Shown: piece after piece, positions 37,250 to 51,083 of the stretch
How positions within the stretch are numbered: the stretch's first letter is position 1
Layout: the number at the start of each line of letters is the position of its first letter
NCBI GenBank assembly: GCA_013239625.1
Contig: MU056029.1
Location: 930,001-994,000, forward strand
From: Lama guanicoe
Taxonomy: Eukaryota
Length of the DNA stretch: 64,000 nucleotides
Direction: 5' to 3'
The notes under the pieces: generated by a model
Databases searched by the model: none
Told to the model about the DNA's origin: nothing
The model's input: only the letters and a program-made list of their open reading frames with translations
Translations under genes and position numbers: made by a program

Positions 37250-40200
37250 TAATAATTAAATGTTGAAACAACTGTAAATTTTAATAACAAAATAAAGAGG
37301 AGTGAAAAATAAGCCATGGTATGTGAATACTGTGGAATAGGTAACCATTCTACTAGAAACAACTAGCAAAAATGGACAAAATATAAATATACCCCCTTCA
37401 AGGCATTGGACAGATAACAAGCCCATAAAAATCTGGGCCAAGGCTTGGGAGATGAACTGCAGAGAGGTGAGCCCCATCTTTCAGGTAGCTCTAGTTTCTA
37501 GAACAGAAAGATGAGAAGCTCAATAGAACACCTGACAGGCTCATGGAGAAAAAAAAAAAGGAGCAAAAACTGGAGAGAGACACCATCAAGTGAGGATTCC
37601 AAAGAGCTCTGTCCAAGACATAAAGACTAATCAGGATTCAAACACGCAGAAGAAATGAATCTGAACTCAGATTCACTCAAATCCCAGAAAGCAAATGCAG
37701 CTTGTCCCGGATTGGTAATGCCTCTAGCTGAGCGACAAGCATAAATCTTCTCTGAAGAAAGAAAACATCATCACAGATGTTGAACTGTATCCATAATTTT
37801 TCCACATATAATAGTAGCAGATCAGACACAGATGAAGAAAGAATGGTTGAACTGAAAGATAAACCAGAGGAAAATTTCCAGAGTGAAGCAAGAAGAGAAA
37901 AAAAAAAAAGCAAAAAAATTCAGAAAGCAAAGTGAGATATACAAAAGATATAGTGACAAGAGGCAATGTTGGAATTGTCAGAACTTAAACTGGAACCTTG
38001 AAGCAGAAGAGAAGAGAGAACACAGAGCACAATCAGCAGTGACAACGGTGCTCTAAGACTGCTGAAGACCTCAGGCCAAAGATTCAAGAAGATCTGCAAA
38101 TTCCAGGAAGAATAACTAGAGAGAAAACTATTATCTTGGTACATCAAGAATGCCAATGAAATCAAAAACAGAGGAAAAAACCTAAAAATAGACTTATCAT
38201 AAGACCCAGCAATCCCACCCCTGGGCATATATCCAGAGGGAACCCTAATTCAAAAGGACACCTGTACCCCAGTGTTCATAGTAGCATTATTTACAATAGC
38301 CAAGACATGGAAACAACCTAAGTGTCCATCAACAGATGACTGGATAAAGAAGTTGTGGTAGATTTATACAATGGAATACTACTCAGCCATAAAAAATGAT
38401 AAAATAATGCCATTTGCAGCAACATGGGTGGCCCTAGAGAATGTCATTCTAAGTGAAGTAAGCCAGAAAGAGAAAGAAAAATACCATATGATGTCACTCA
38501 TACATGGAATCTAAAAAAGAAAAAAAGAGGCAAATGAACTTATATATAAAACAGAAACAGACGCATAGACATAGAATACAGACTTATGGTTGCCGGGGGA
38601 GGCAGGTGGGAAGGGATAAACTGGGAGTTTGAGATTTGCAGATATTGACTGGTATATATAAAATAGATGAACAAGTTTACCCTGTACAGCACAGGGAAAT
38701 ATGTTTAATACCTTGTAGTAGCTTACAGTGAAAAAGAATATGGAAACGAATATATGTGTGTTCATGTGTGACTGAAGCATTGTGCTGCACACGAGAAACT
38801 GACACAACATGGTAAACTGATTATACCTCAATAAAAAAAGAGAAAAATTATAAAAATCATCTTGAAGGGGAGAGAAAATAGATTAATTTGAAAAGTTGCA
38901 CCTATTAGACCAACAACTGTCTTCTCAATGGAAACAAAAGACACTAGAGATAATGAAGAAATATCTTCAAATGGAAAAGGAAAAAAATGCCAACCTAGCT
39001 TTCTGTAATCAGTAAATTCATCCTATAATAAATATGATATAAAGTCATGTACAGATTAAAAAAAACTGTAGAAGAAATTCGATCAGGAAACTCATACCAA
39101 AGAAAATATTTTAAAAAAATTCTTCAAGCAGAAGGAAACATTGAGATAGACTTGGAGGTAAAGGAAAGAATGAGTAACAAAGGAAAGAAGGTATTTATAA
39201 TTACACCTAAGTGAAATTCTCCTGCATTTAAAAACAATAAGATGGTATAGGGTTTAAAATATATATAAAACTATAATACATAACGACAGTAGCATATGTA
39301 AGTCAGGATGAGGAAATATGGAACCCAAGTGTGCAAAGGCCCCTGCAGTGCTTGGGAAGATGTGAAAATATCATATCAGATAAATTAGCAGAAATAACAA
39401 ACACTGTAGTGAGGCTGTTCAATACAAGATCATTGTGTTCTTACATATCAGCAACAAACAGAATTATGCTGAGGAAATGTTACCATATATAACAACATCA
39501 AAAAACATCAAACATATAGGAAAGTTTCACGAAGACGTGCAAGATATCTATACAGAAAACCCTAAAATGCTTAGACAGTTTAAAGAAGACTGAAAGAAAT
39601 GGAGAAATAAAACATGCAGACTGAAAGAACTGTAGCAATGTCATCCTCTCTCAATTAACTAATGAATTCCCAGTAAAAAGTCAAACCATTTTCTAAAATG
39701 AAAATTAATGATCTGATTATAAAAGTTATACAGAAATGTAAAGGGCCAAGAATAATCAAGTCAATAGTAAATAAAAAGAAACAGAAGGAAGGTTCTGCTC
39801 TACTTAAAGCTACAGTTAATTAACACAGTGAGATAAGTGTACAAACACAGATAAAGAAACCCATGGCACAAAACAAAAACTCCAACAACAGATCCACACA
39901 CACACAATTTATGACAAAGGTATTGCTGCAAAATAATGGTGCTGTGGAAAATAATGGAACTGTCACACCACTCACAAAAAAATCAGTTCTAGGTAGACTG
40001 TAGCTCTCAGTGTAAAAAGTACATTTCTGTAACATATAACCTGTAATAAACTTGCATTTAGAATTTATAAATAACTCCAACGAATTACGGACAGAAAATT
40101 TATGAAAGAGACCTGCATAGTCAATTCACTGAAGAGGATCTCCAAACAGCCACTAGGGAAAGGTGCCTCAGCCTCACTAGCACTGGGAGAAATGGAAGTT

Positions 40201-40830
40201 AGAACCACAAGACATCAGCCAACACCCAACAGGTGACTTCCATGTGAAACATCAGCAAGGACATGGGGTGCAAGGAACACTCAGACATCACTGTTACAAA
40301 TGGAAATGGGTAAAAAGCACTTTGGAAAATAGGTTGGCGTAATCATTAATCTTTACCATTCACAATTACACTTAAGTATATTCTCAGTATTTATGTGAGC
40401 ATAAATTCACAAAAAACAAGTCCAAGAATGTTCACAGTGGCATTACTCGTAAATCTCCAGCTGCAATAGACGAGTGGAAAGCAAATTGTGGTGTATCTGC
40501 ATAGTCGTTTGGCAAGGACAACAAATGAACCATAGTGGTATGGATGGATTTCACAAACATCATGTTCAGTTAAAGAAGGCAGTCACAGAATAATTTAAAC
40601 TCTATTATCCCATTCAATAAGGTTCAAAACCACAAAGTTAACTATACAGTAACAAGACAGTGCTTTCCTTTGGGAACGAGGGATGAAGAGAAATTAGGGA
40701 GGGTCAAAGTGGGGATCTCGGAGTGCCTACAACACTTTACTTTTTGGCCTGATGGCAGTTACACAACTGTTTGCTTTCTGATATGTCACTTAACTCTATT
40801 ATATTTTTCTGTATGTGCACATTAAAAAAA
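37250..40830 (+). mobile_element. Degraded old L1 (5'/ORF1 and ORF2/3' remnants)
   Basis: A-rich sequence with L1 motifs (gtgcaagatatctatacagaaaac, gtaaagggccaagaataatcaag, cactttggaaaataggttggc). Confidence 0.7.
38181..38840 (+). mobile_element. Young L1 3' end (~650 bp) nested in old L1
   Basis: Low divergence: ccagcaatcccacccctgggcatatatcc...aaacagaaacagacgcatagacatag...gtaaactgattatacctcaataaaaaaa. Confidence 0.92.
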
Positions 40831-41194
40831 TTTATAAAAATTATGATTAAAGTAAAAAAGATCCATAAGTTTTTGCATTAAAAATAAAGCATGAGAAAAA
40901 TTCCCAATCTTCCTAGGAGGGTGTTGTTTAATTAATTACATTCTATTAGAAGATCCACTAACCAAGGTTTGACAATTTACTTAATATTCTCAAATATTTT
41001 TTAATGAATTGAGGTCTGTTTGTTTTAAGGTCATTCAGCTCGGTGTTTCTGGCACATCCAAATACTTCAGCAATACCTGTATGTTTATCATGTTTAACTA
41101 AACAGAAATCAGATAAAAGAATGAAAATCCTTCCTTTATTGAGATCCTGCTTGAGACACTGGCTTAATTTCAGAAATCAGAAAGTAATGATGCT

Positions 41195-41326
41195 GGGGAG
41201 GGTATAGCTCAGTGGTAGAGTGTGTGCTTAGCATGCACGAGGTCCTGGGTTCAACCCCCAGCACCTCCTCTATAAATAAACAAATAAGGAAACCTAATTG
41301 CCTCCCCACCACCAAAAAAATAAAAT
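41195..41326 (+). mobile_element. tRNA-derived SINE (Vic-1-like), close to the family consensus
   Basis: GGGGAGGGTATAGCTCAGTGGTAGAGTGTGTGCTTAGCATGCACGAGGTCCTGGGTTCAACCCCCAGCACCTCC with intact A/B boxes. Confidence 0.93.
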
Positions 41327-42650
41327 AGATATAATATTTGCTTTATTAAATATTTCTGAAAGAAAATTTCAGACCCCAACTTTTTATGGCTTGCCTATCT
41401 AGAACAGGTTTAAAAATTAAGCTTAATAAAAATTTCTTACATGATTCCCAAAACTTATGAAGAAGGGCAATGTCTTTTCAAGTTTCAATCAAAAGAATTT
41501 CAAAGACTAATCTAAATGTGCACTTATTGTAATATATTTTCACTATTTCCAGAAATTTAACCATAAATCACTAATGAGTTGTAGAGAACAAGACCACACA
41601 TTTAGCAGAAATTAATGAACTGCAGTAAAAAAATTTATTTCCATGGTTAAAGCAGAAATGAAAGGTCACGTGAGCTCACATCTAGGTGTCAGCAAGCTGC
41701 TCCCTTTTGTGGTCGCTTCTCTTTAATCTGACCTCCCTCCCCTTTCTTGGAAAGGCCGCCCAGGCGTGTTTTCCGGTTTGGCTTAATCCTATAGATTGTA
41801 GGTGCCAAAGGATAATCTGAACATTCACTTTATAAAGTCCGTCATTGAAAAATGTACTTCTGAATCAAGAAGGAATATTGGTAACAGATCCAGGACTTTC
41901 CAAGAAACCCAGTGTATTTAAATAGGGAGTGATATACAATGGGACTAAGTGAGAATTTTCTTTTTTCTTTTCTCTGTTTGACTTTCGAGGAGAATTCTGC
42001 ATTTCAGGTTGGGGCATTTTGTGGGAATCCCGAGCACATGGTGATGAACACATAAATTAATTCAAAAGATTTTAAATGAATGCCAGATACATACGAGAGT
42101 GAGAGTAATAACATACGGCAATTGACAGGAACAACACAGCGTGTGAGTCAAAGCTTTTGCAAAGGAACAAGGTAACTGGGAGAGACGCTCAAGGAGGGCC
42201 AGTCAGAAGTGCTGGTGGCTCAGCTATCCGTGGATGAATATACTGGGTATGGACAGAAGAAAAAGGGGAAGGAAATACATCAAACGAGGGCTGGAGCAGC
42301 AGCGAAAGTCTTGCAGGGAGCACACGGGAGTGGAAGGAACAGCTGGAAGGCAGCAACTGAAACAAAGGCTTTGTGTTGGGGATGCTTGTGCGCGAAACTG
42401 GAGAGGGGAGGCCGGACCCAGACTTGGATCCAAGGTGAAGGAGACTCGATCCTATGCTGTGGACAAAGACCAGCACCCAAGGGTCTGCAGCTGAGAAGCG
42501 GCTTAATGAAAACGGCGTTGTGTGGCTGCTTAGCTGGCAACAAAGCACAGGGTGGACTGGAAGGCAGAGGCCCGTTTCTCACCACTCAGGCTTCCTGGAC
42601 ATTGGCTTCATCCACTCCAGGTCCCTGGGTTGGGGATTTGAAGGCATCCA

Positions 42651-42770
42651 GGGGCGGGGATAGCTGAGTGGTAGAGTGCAGGCTTAGCCGGCACGCAGTC
42701 CTAGGTTCAAAACCCATGCACCTTTGTTAGATAAAAAACCTAATTACCTCCCCTGCCGAAAAATAAAAAA
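42651..42770 (+). mobile_element. tRNA-derived SINE (Vic-1-like)
   Basis: ggggcggggatagctgagtggtagagtgc...aaacctaattacctcccc. Degenerate TSD tttgaaggcatcca/tttggaagcctcca. Confidence 0.88.
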
Positions 42771-45700
42771 GACTTTGGAAGCCTCCAATCCTAACAACGG
42801 TTTTTAGAAACGTGCATAAAAGCACTGCTCGTCAAGAACGGACATTAATATGAGATCGTAAAGGAGATGCTGTGGACACTGTCAGCAACTCTTTGTCGGT
42901 TTTGTAAGAACCCTCGTAACATGAGTATGCACAAGTGGGGGACCTGATCATTTACACAAAGCTTAAAAAAAAACCCTAATTTTTAAAATCTTTGTCAAAA
43001 AAATCCATCAGGGCTTCCCATCTGTCAGGAGCCTTGCGGATGCATGTCTGTCCTTTCTAGCTTTACTATGTAAATTTGGTCAAATCACTACCATCCTTGA
43101 GGGTCGGTTTTCCTGTACTTCAACTTGGGCGAATTTATTTGTCAGGTTCCATTCTCCCAGGGACCCCAGTGAAACATCTCAACCACAAGGTGCTATGAGT
43201 TATAATGCAGCACACCACTGGTAGGGTTAGAAGTTAGAGTGAGTAAAAGAGTCTTACTTCATTTCTACTTGAGCTGGAAAGGGGTTGAAATACTTTTTCC
43301 AAAACCTGTTTGCTGAATCATGGTAGAAACTGAATAAATACTTGTTGAGATAAACTCAGACTTTTTTTTTGTTGTCTTTTATAAAAATACAGTCATGGAA
43401 TAAAACTCCCTCCTTCTGGGTGTACTTAATTTTATAAAGAGGTTTTATGTGGAGTTTCCTGTTAAGACACAGTATTTTCATGCATTAAATATTTGAATAT
43501 ATAATGTTACCACTTTATACAGTATCTATTTTGCAGAAATGATTCATTTGACTAGGATTGAATACATACTTAGTAATGACAGTCAAATCTCCTCTCTCAG
43601 TTCAATAACCATTCAGTTTTCAACCTATTGAGCGGGTGAGATGCTAGGGTATGCATTAGGGATAGAAATGCAAACCCCAAACAATCCCAATTCTTAAAAA
43701 CCCTCAGATAAGCAACTAGGAGTCAGTTACATCGTGCTCTCTAATCCAGCAGAATGATGTCACACATTTTCCAATCTTAAAGTTCTGATCAGTCACCAGA
43801 CCGTCTGTCCTCAGACTCAAGTACGCCTCATTCCTGGACCCACGCGTTTTGATTAATGGCAGCTAACTGCTGTCAGCTTGGGCCAGACACTCTGGGCTCT
43901 TTATTTACATGAACTCATGTACTTCTCTCAACAGTCCTACCAAACAAGGACCCAGGAGATCACCAAGGGTCACACTGCCAGCAAGTTCCAGAGTGTGACC
44001 TTGAGCTCTGGGAGCGCTGGCTCCAGGCTCTGAGATTCCACACCCCGTCCACGGAGCCCTCTTCCTGTGGCTTGCTTCCTGCTTCCACACCCCTCCAACT
44101 AAGAGTCTGCATGATGCTGTCCAGGGCGCATCACTGAAACTTCACAGGCCAGTGAGTGACCCCGCTGGGCCAGGCACCCCCTGCTCCCTCCCTGAGCCCA
44201 GGGCCAGGCCCACTCCCCGTTCACGCCAGCCGCTGAGTGAATATTTAGGACCGTAGCCTGCAACCTCAGGGTTCCCAGGAGATGGATTTAGGACTGTACC
44301 CCCGGGACAACCACAGCAAGGAGCCACTCCAACGAAGTCCTCAAGGAGGCAGGACGAGGGAGAAGTAGGTGAGGCACAAAATGTCACTTGTATGACCCTG
44401 AGGAGTATCTCCGGAAACCTCCAGAGCACTGGTTCTTCCCTAATCTTATTTCTGAGAATTCTCTTTCAGCCCAGAGACTCCTTCAATCTAGTTTACTGAT
44501 CGAAATCTCATTAGTTCAGGACACTGGTGGAAAGGAAAATAAATTAGTATAATATTTAGTTTTAAAGTAGTTTTTTAAAAGTGTGGCTTATGATGTTTCT
44601 ACATAAATAAATTAACTAGAATAATTTTAAAGTGCAGGCTCTTTGCAGGATGGGGGGTTTATAACTGACTGACAGGGAGCCGCTGGCGACACCCTGCAAA
44701 TGCAGAAACTTGGGAGAAGACGTGACGTTGCGTGCGGCCTGATTGCTCTTGGCAGAGCTTAAATCTTCTCCCGCATTTCTGCAGTTATCTTTTCTCCAGA
44801 CGTGTTTAGGATATGTTCTACTGTATCCGTACTTCACAGAAAGACAGAGACAGCATGTAGAAAAAAGTGCCCCGAGTGCTTTTGAGCAAGAGGATTCAGG
44901 AAGGCCTCCCCTGGAAGCATCACACCTGCCACAGATCTCTCAGCAGGCTTTCTGAGGAGGCTGCAGGAAGATGCAATAAAAGATGCTGCAGGCGGTACCC
45001 AAATGGCCGTATCTGCAGCCTTCTCACAAGGCAGGCGTGGGCAGGATTATGCACTGAGAGAAGACAACCCTTATGTTCTGAGCGGACCTCTTTTATCACT
45101 TGATGCATGGAACAGCTGGAATCCTAGTTCTAAAAGCAATAAATCATTTTCTTCAACACATCACAGGGCAATCTTCTTGGCTGTGGGAACCATTCCGTAA
45201 TGATAACTCCGTGATCCTCGTGTGTCTCACCACCCACACTAGGGCAGCAGCCCCGCACATCCCCTCCGAAGACCGCAGGACATTGTGCAACTGAGGAGAA
45301 GTAGCATCGCATGAAAACGGACCTTAAACATTCACACTGCTGTCTCTACGTGCACGTCCCTTGGTTCTTAGAGGCTGCAGTGGAAGGACATTGGCACCTG
45401 GCTCACTGCTCACTGGTCAGTGATGGCTGTGTGACTGTGACGTGTCGAGCATCACACAAGGAGTGGACGCGGAGCAGGGTAAGTCACGACCGGGACAGGT
45501 CCCTCCTAAGGGAGGGGTCTCCTGAGGACACAGGCACCGCAGAGCTGGACGGCAGTCCACACAGGACTGCGGGAATGCAGAGCTGCCCGCAACCCAGCCT
45601 GGCAGGCAGCGTGTGGGCAGAGCAGGGGCAAACGCCTTCACAGAGGAAACCACACGCAGAGTAAGCTAAAGAATGAGCAGAAAGTGGCCAGGGCAAGAGA

Positions 45701-46290
45701 AGAGGGCGGCTGTGGGTCACAGGCACTGAAGTCAGAGGCAGCAGGCAGGCGGGCAGGCGTGTGGGCTTCACGGACGCTGGTACCCGACCAGGGCGGAGTC
45801 CCACCTACTCGGTGCTGCTTTGGCTGCACTGAGAAGAGAAGGCCCAGCAGGGAGGTCCCCGCTCTGCCTTCACTGAGAATCTCAACCTGGAACTTGTGGT
45901 CTTCACACTACCTCACAGTTTACACAGCGCTTTTGTTCACAACCTCAGCTATCACACAGTGTTCAGTAAGAATACCGAGAAAGCACGTGAGATACATGAT
46001 TCTAACTTAATAAAACCTCAGCCTGGACAGACAGCAGAGCTGAAGATACCTTCTCGGTTTTGGACAGTTGGCGCTAAGATGACAGTGAAAGCCAGGCCGG
46101 GGCAACCCACAGATACTGTTAGGAGCAGACGGCCGTGTCTAGAGGCATCACTAAGTGCAGGTGGCCCAGGCCGACTGCCAGTCCAGTGGGGAGAAGCTCT
46201 CTTACTTTTGAGAGAAGAGCATTTACCCCCTCAGGTCTTCCTCTCTCCCCATCAGTGGCCTATGGGTTGGTTAAATTCACCCCCAGTTTC

Positions 46291-46944
<654 letters not shown>

Positions 46945-49389
46945 CTAACTTTCAGATGTTCTCGTGTTTCCTCTGCTGTTTGATTTGGACAAGGATGGTG
47001 CTGAAGAGCAGAGAAACTGGGGAGGCCCAGAGCTCTGGCCAGAGTTCTGTTTACAAAGCCTAACTGTAGGGCTGGTCTGGATTTTGCACGGAAATGAATT
47101 TAATAAACCATGTTTATAGGACTGAATAAGGTGGTTGAAAGAAAAACAAACAAAAAAAAAAGAACTTGAGGATGAAGAGTTCTGGAAAGGCAGCTCTCTC
47201 CAAAGCTGTTAAAAAGTTAAAACACTGAGCAGTAAATGTACCCACTGGGCGCTGGATAACAGCACAAACACTCAGAGCAAAAGGAGTGTTTTGCTGGGCA
47301 TTTCTGGATGGTTTCACAGTGTTCCTGGCCATGAGCTTTGCCATCCTTAGAGATGCCTTTTGCTGGGACGCTCTTGGCCCTTAGAGATCTGCGCAGTGGT
47401 CTCGGCAAAAAGTGCGGGGGGGGGGGCATTGGCTGGCTTATAGCAACAAGGCCAGCTCTTGGCACAACGCTCACGCTCACTCCATCACCATTCACTGCTT
47501 CCTGAGAATGGTGAAACAGGACAATCACATCTGATACTATTTGCAGCACCCAGGAGTCTTCCAAAGAGTTAGGTCAACTTTAGCAATAAGATCAATTAAA
47601 ACTCACCCCTGTAGAAAAACCTATGACTACAACAGACTTGCTTTGATTTGAACATATCATTCAATAAAAGGCAGACAACAAACTTTCGGCATTAGACAAA
47701 CAAACAGACCAAAGCTGTAGGGATGACTGACCCCCACGGCTCCTGCTGTCTCCCTGGTCCCATGTGCTGTCCCCCTTCCTCCCAGGATCACGGCGGTCAC
47801 ACCTGTCCCCACCCTTGCCTCCAACTTCCTTACACTCCCCGCAACCATGGCGACCATTAGAAAAACACACTCTAATCAACCCATTCCTCCGCTTGAAATC
47901 TTTGAAATGTTTCCCCATGCAATTAGCAAAGCAAATCCAGGCTCCTTACAAGGACCTCGAGAACCCACAGACCAGCCCTTGTGTGTGTTGTAAGTACATC
48001 TAAGCACCTTTCCTCGTCTGCCCAGCTCAGCCCCTCTGCCCTCTGCGCGGCCACTCAGACCAGGATGCTGTGCCCAGGGCTTCGGTGCCCTCTGAGGGGA
48101 CGTATTTCCAAAACTTCAGGTGGCTCACTCTTAATGTATGTCAGCATCTTGAGTTTATTAATAAAACTTTTTGCATGTGTGTATAGTCAGGTCACCAGAA
48201 AACTGGAAGAATCCTCTTCCATTCAAATGCTTTAACCATGGATTCCTCGGGAAGGGAGCCAGGGTGGGAGGGACCTCACGCTCTGAGGAAACTGCTTTGA
48301 CAACCTTCCTGCCCATCCTCCGCCTCGGTCCAAACATCGCAGCATCACAGCCTACATTCTCCACGTCCACAGTTGGAACGGGAGCTGCTTCCTCACCTGG
48401 ATCCCAAAATTGCTCTGTGAAACTCTCACCTCCTCGGAGCTGGGTCCTCCGGCCACATGGAATCCACTTAACTTCCTAAGGCAGCCCTCCAACCATCGGG
48501 AACCACCGTCTCCCCCCCCCCACCCCCCCCCCCCCGAGCCTCTGTCCTCTGTGCTAAATAATCCCCAGGTGACTCCAGGATGCATCGCTGGACATGATCT
48601 CACGTGCCCGGCCTTCGGAAAGCACAGCTGTCAGAAATCGGGGCAGGGATGGAGCGTGGAAGAGAGGGGCACAGCGAGGGGGCCCCGTCTGGGGTCTACA
48701 CCCGGCTCGCCACCCAGGCAGCCCCCCAGCACGCTTCTTCACAAGGCCACCAGCACTTCTCATCATAAATGCATCAACTGTGCTACAAAGTCAGTCCTTT
48801 GCCGTCTCCCCAAATTCAGTATAAACGCTGACAAGCCTAAATCCAACTGAGACCAACGCTGAAGCTATCCGCGGAGGCTAGGGTAAGAAACAGCGGCCGC
48901 GCCGCCCACTGGACATCAGTTGCCAGCCGATGCGCCGGCCGCCCCCCTCCCTCACAGGGAGCACTGCTCAGCGCCCGCTTCCCAAAAGGGCATCTGAACA
49001 CTCTTCAAACTGAAGAAAATTGTCAAGATGTAGAAGGAGCTCGCTTAGAAAGCCGGGTTCCTGCAGGGAGATGAGCGTTACGTCAATGGCCCGAATGGAG
49101 CACGCTGGGAGAAACCGCATCTCAGGGTTCACCCCCTTCTCACTGAATGGACGGGGATGGGGAGCACTGGTCCTCTTAAATGTCAGCACAGCAAACAGGC
49201 TCTCTTAATCAGGTCGGAACAGAGACCTCTTTTATGCTGAGTCCCTGTCTCTGTCTTTCTCTCTGGTCCTCTCCCTGTCACAGAAGTGCAATTTGCAGAG
49301 CGGAGGTTGAAACCTCTCATCTTTAAGATAGTTAAAACCTATGTCAAGAAAATTATATATGCCTCGTCAAACAGTGATAAGAAGGCCTA

Positions 49390-49641
<252 letters not shown>

Positions 49642-49875
49642 TCATGGTGTATACTAAATGAGTAAGTGTTCATTAAACTGTAGGCCAGCTTTATCAAAAG
49701 AAACAACACAAGAACGTGAAGTCCTATCACATTATTCACGGAATCTTGTTGCCTTTGGATAATCAAGGGTAGAGAAAGGGGTTCCTCAGGAAGCTCTTAC
49801 CTCGTCTAGTGGCTCTCTAAGCTCTACAGCACAGAGAAAAACTTCTGAGTGGTGCAGCACTGATTGAGATTGAAA

Positions 49876-50309
49876 TTTTTTTTAATTTATTCTATTTTAG
49901 AAAACTTGGGTGATTAGGTTTATTTAGTCATCTATTTATCTTTAAAGGAGGTACTGCGGATTGAACCCAGGACCTCATGTCTGCTAAGCATGCCCTTTAC
50001 CACTGGGCTCTACCCGCACCCTGAATTCCTTTTTTTTAACTTATTTTTTAATATGCGTGTAATTATGTTTATTTATTTAATGGAGGTACTGGGGATTGAA
50101 CCTAGGACCTCCTGCATGCTAAGCAAAAACTCTACCACTGAGCTAATCCTTCCCGTGAATTCCTTTTTTTTTTTTAAACTTAGTTTTTTTTTTTTCCTGC
50201 AGGGATGGGTGGAATTAGATTTATTTATTTAATGGAGGGACTGGGGATTGAACTTAGGACCTTGTGCATGCTAAGCGTACACTCTTACCGCTGAGCTACA
50301 CCCTCCCCC
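49876..50309 (-). mobile_element. Three tandem tRNA-derived SINEs (~49876-50021, 50030-50154, 50186-50309)
   Basis: Three consecutive family copies, separated by repeated tgaattcc(t)n target sequences. Confidence 0.92.
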
Positions 50310-50894
50310 ATCCCCGACCCCGAGTTCCCTGACTTTCAATGTGCAGTGTTCAAGGAGCTAGCAGTTCGCAGGCCCCGCTGTGGAACTCTGAGCCGAGCTG
50401 CTGCTCATTTGGTCCTATTTTATCGTAGTTTTCTGTTGGGCTGGCTTCTAATGCTCCTAGGCTTCTCACCACAAGATCATCCATCTTTTCAAAGAGAATG
50501 TTTGGCTTCTCCGTTATTGATTACGAATCAGAATTGAGTGGGTCAGCTTCCCTTGTGGCCGGCTGCAGCCATGAAAAGAATTTATATCACAGCCCCAGGA
50601 CAGTCAAGCCTCCACCATGCAATGGTTGAACCCCCTGAACATAGAAAACACTTCAGGAAATGTCAGGTTCATTTCCTACTCCACCGAAAGCCTCACTGTG
50701 GGGAGACCAGCCCACCCAAAGGCTCTGCTGAAAATGCACCAGTTAGGTTGCCAACACTCTTTGCCCAGTATCCCGCCCCTCCTCCACCACAGTCACAGTG
50801 AACCGGACTGGGTGGGTCCCTGATTCAAGGTCGGCCAACGATTAGCTGATCAAGGACCTATGATGCGCTTTTTCTTCAGTATTGCTTTATGCTT

Positions 50895-51083
50895 GCTGCA
50901 CACCAGAAACTGACACAACATTGTAAACTGACTATACTTCAATATATTAAAAAAAAAATGTTAACGGCAGGGGAAATGGTTGGCTGGGTGATGGGTTTAT
51001 ATAGGAACGCTATACTTTCTGAGCAATTATCTGAAATCTGAAACTGCTCTAAAAAACAGTTTATTCATTAAAAAAAAAAAAAA
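50895..51083 (+). mobile_element. Short young L1 3' terminus followed by an older L1 3' terminus
   Basis: gctgcacaccagaaactgacacaacattgtaaactgactatacttcaat(A)n, then atctgaaactgctctaaaaaacagtttattcatt(A)n. Confidence 0.75.

Noticed and set aside
41195..41270. tRNA gene (A/B boxes, tRNA-like 5' half)
   Set aside because: One of 14 diverged copies with A-rich tails and TSDs, so it is a tRNA-derived SINE.
46985..47006. Perfect RE1 left half TTCAGCACC (minus strand)
   Set aside because: No correctly oriented GGACAG half follows. The candidate near 34172-34194 has a non-canonical 4-nt spacer and a core mismatch.
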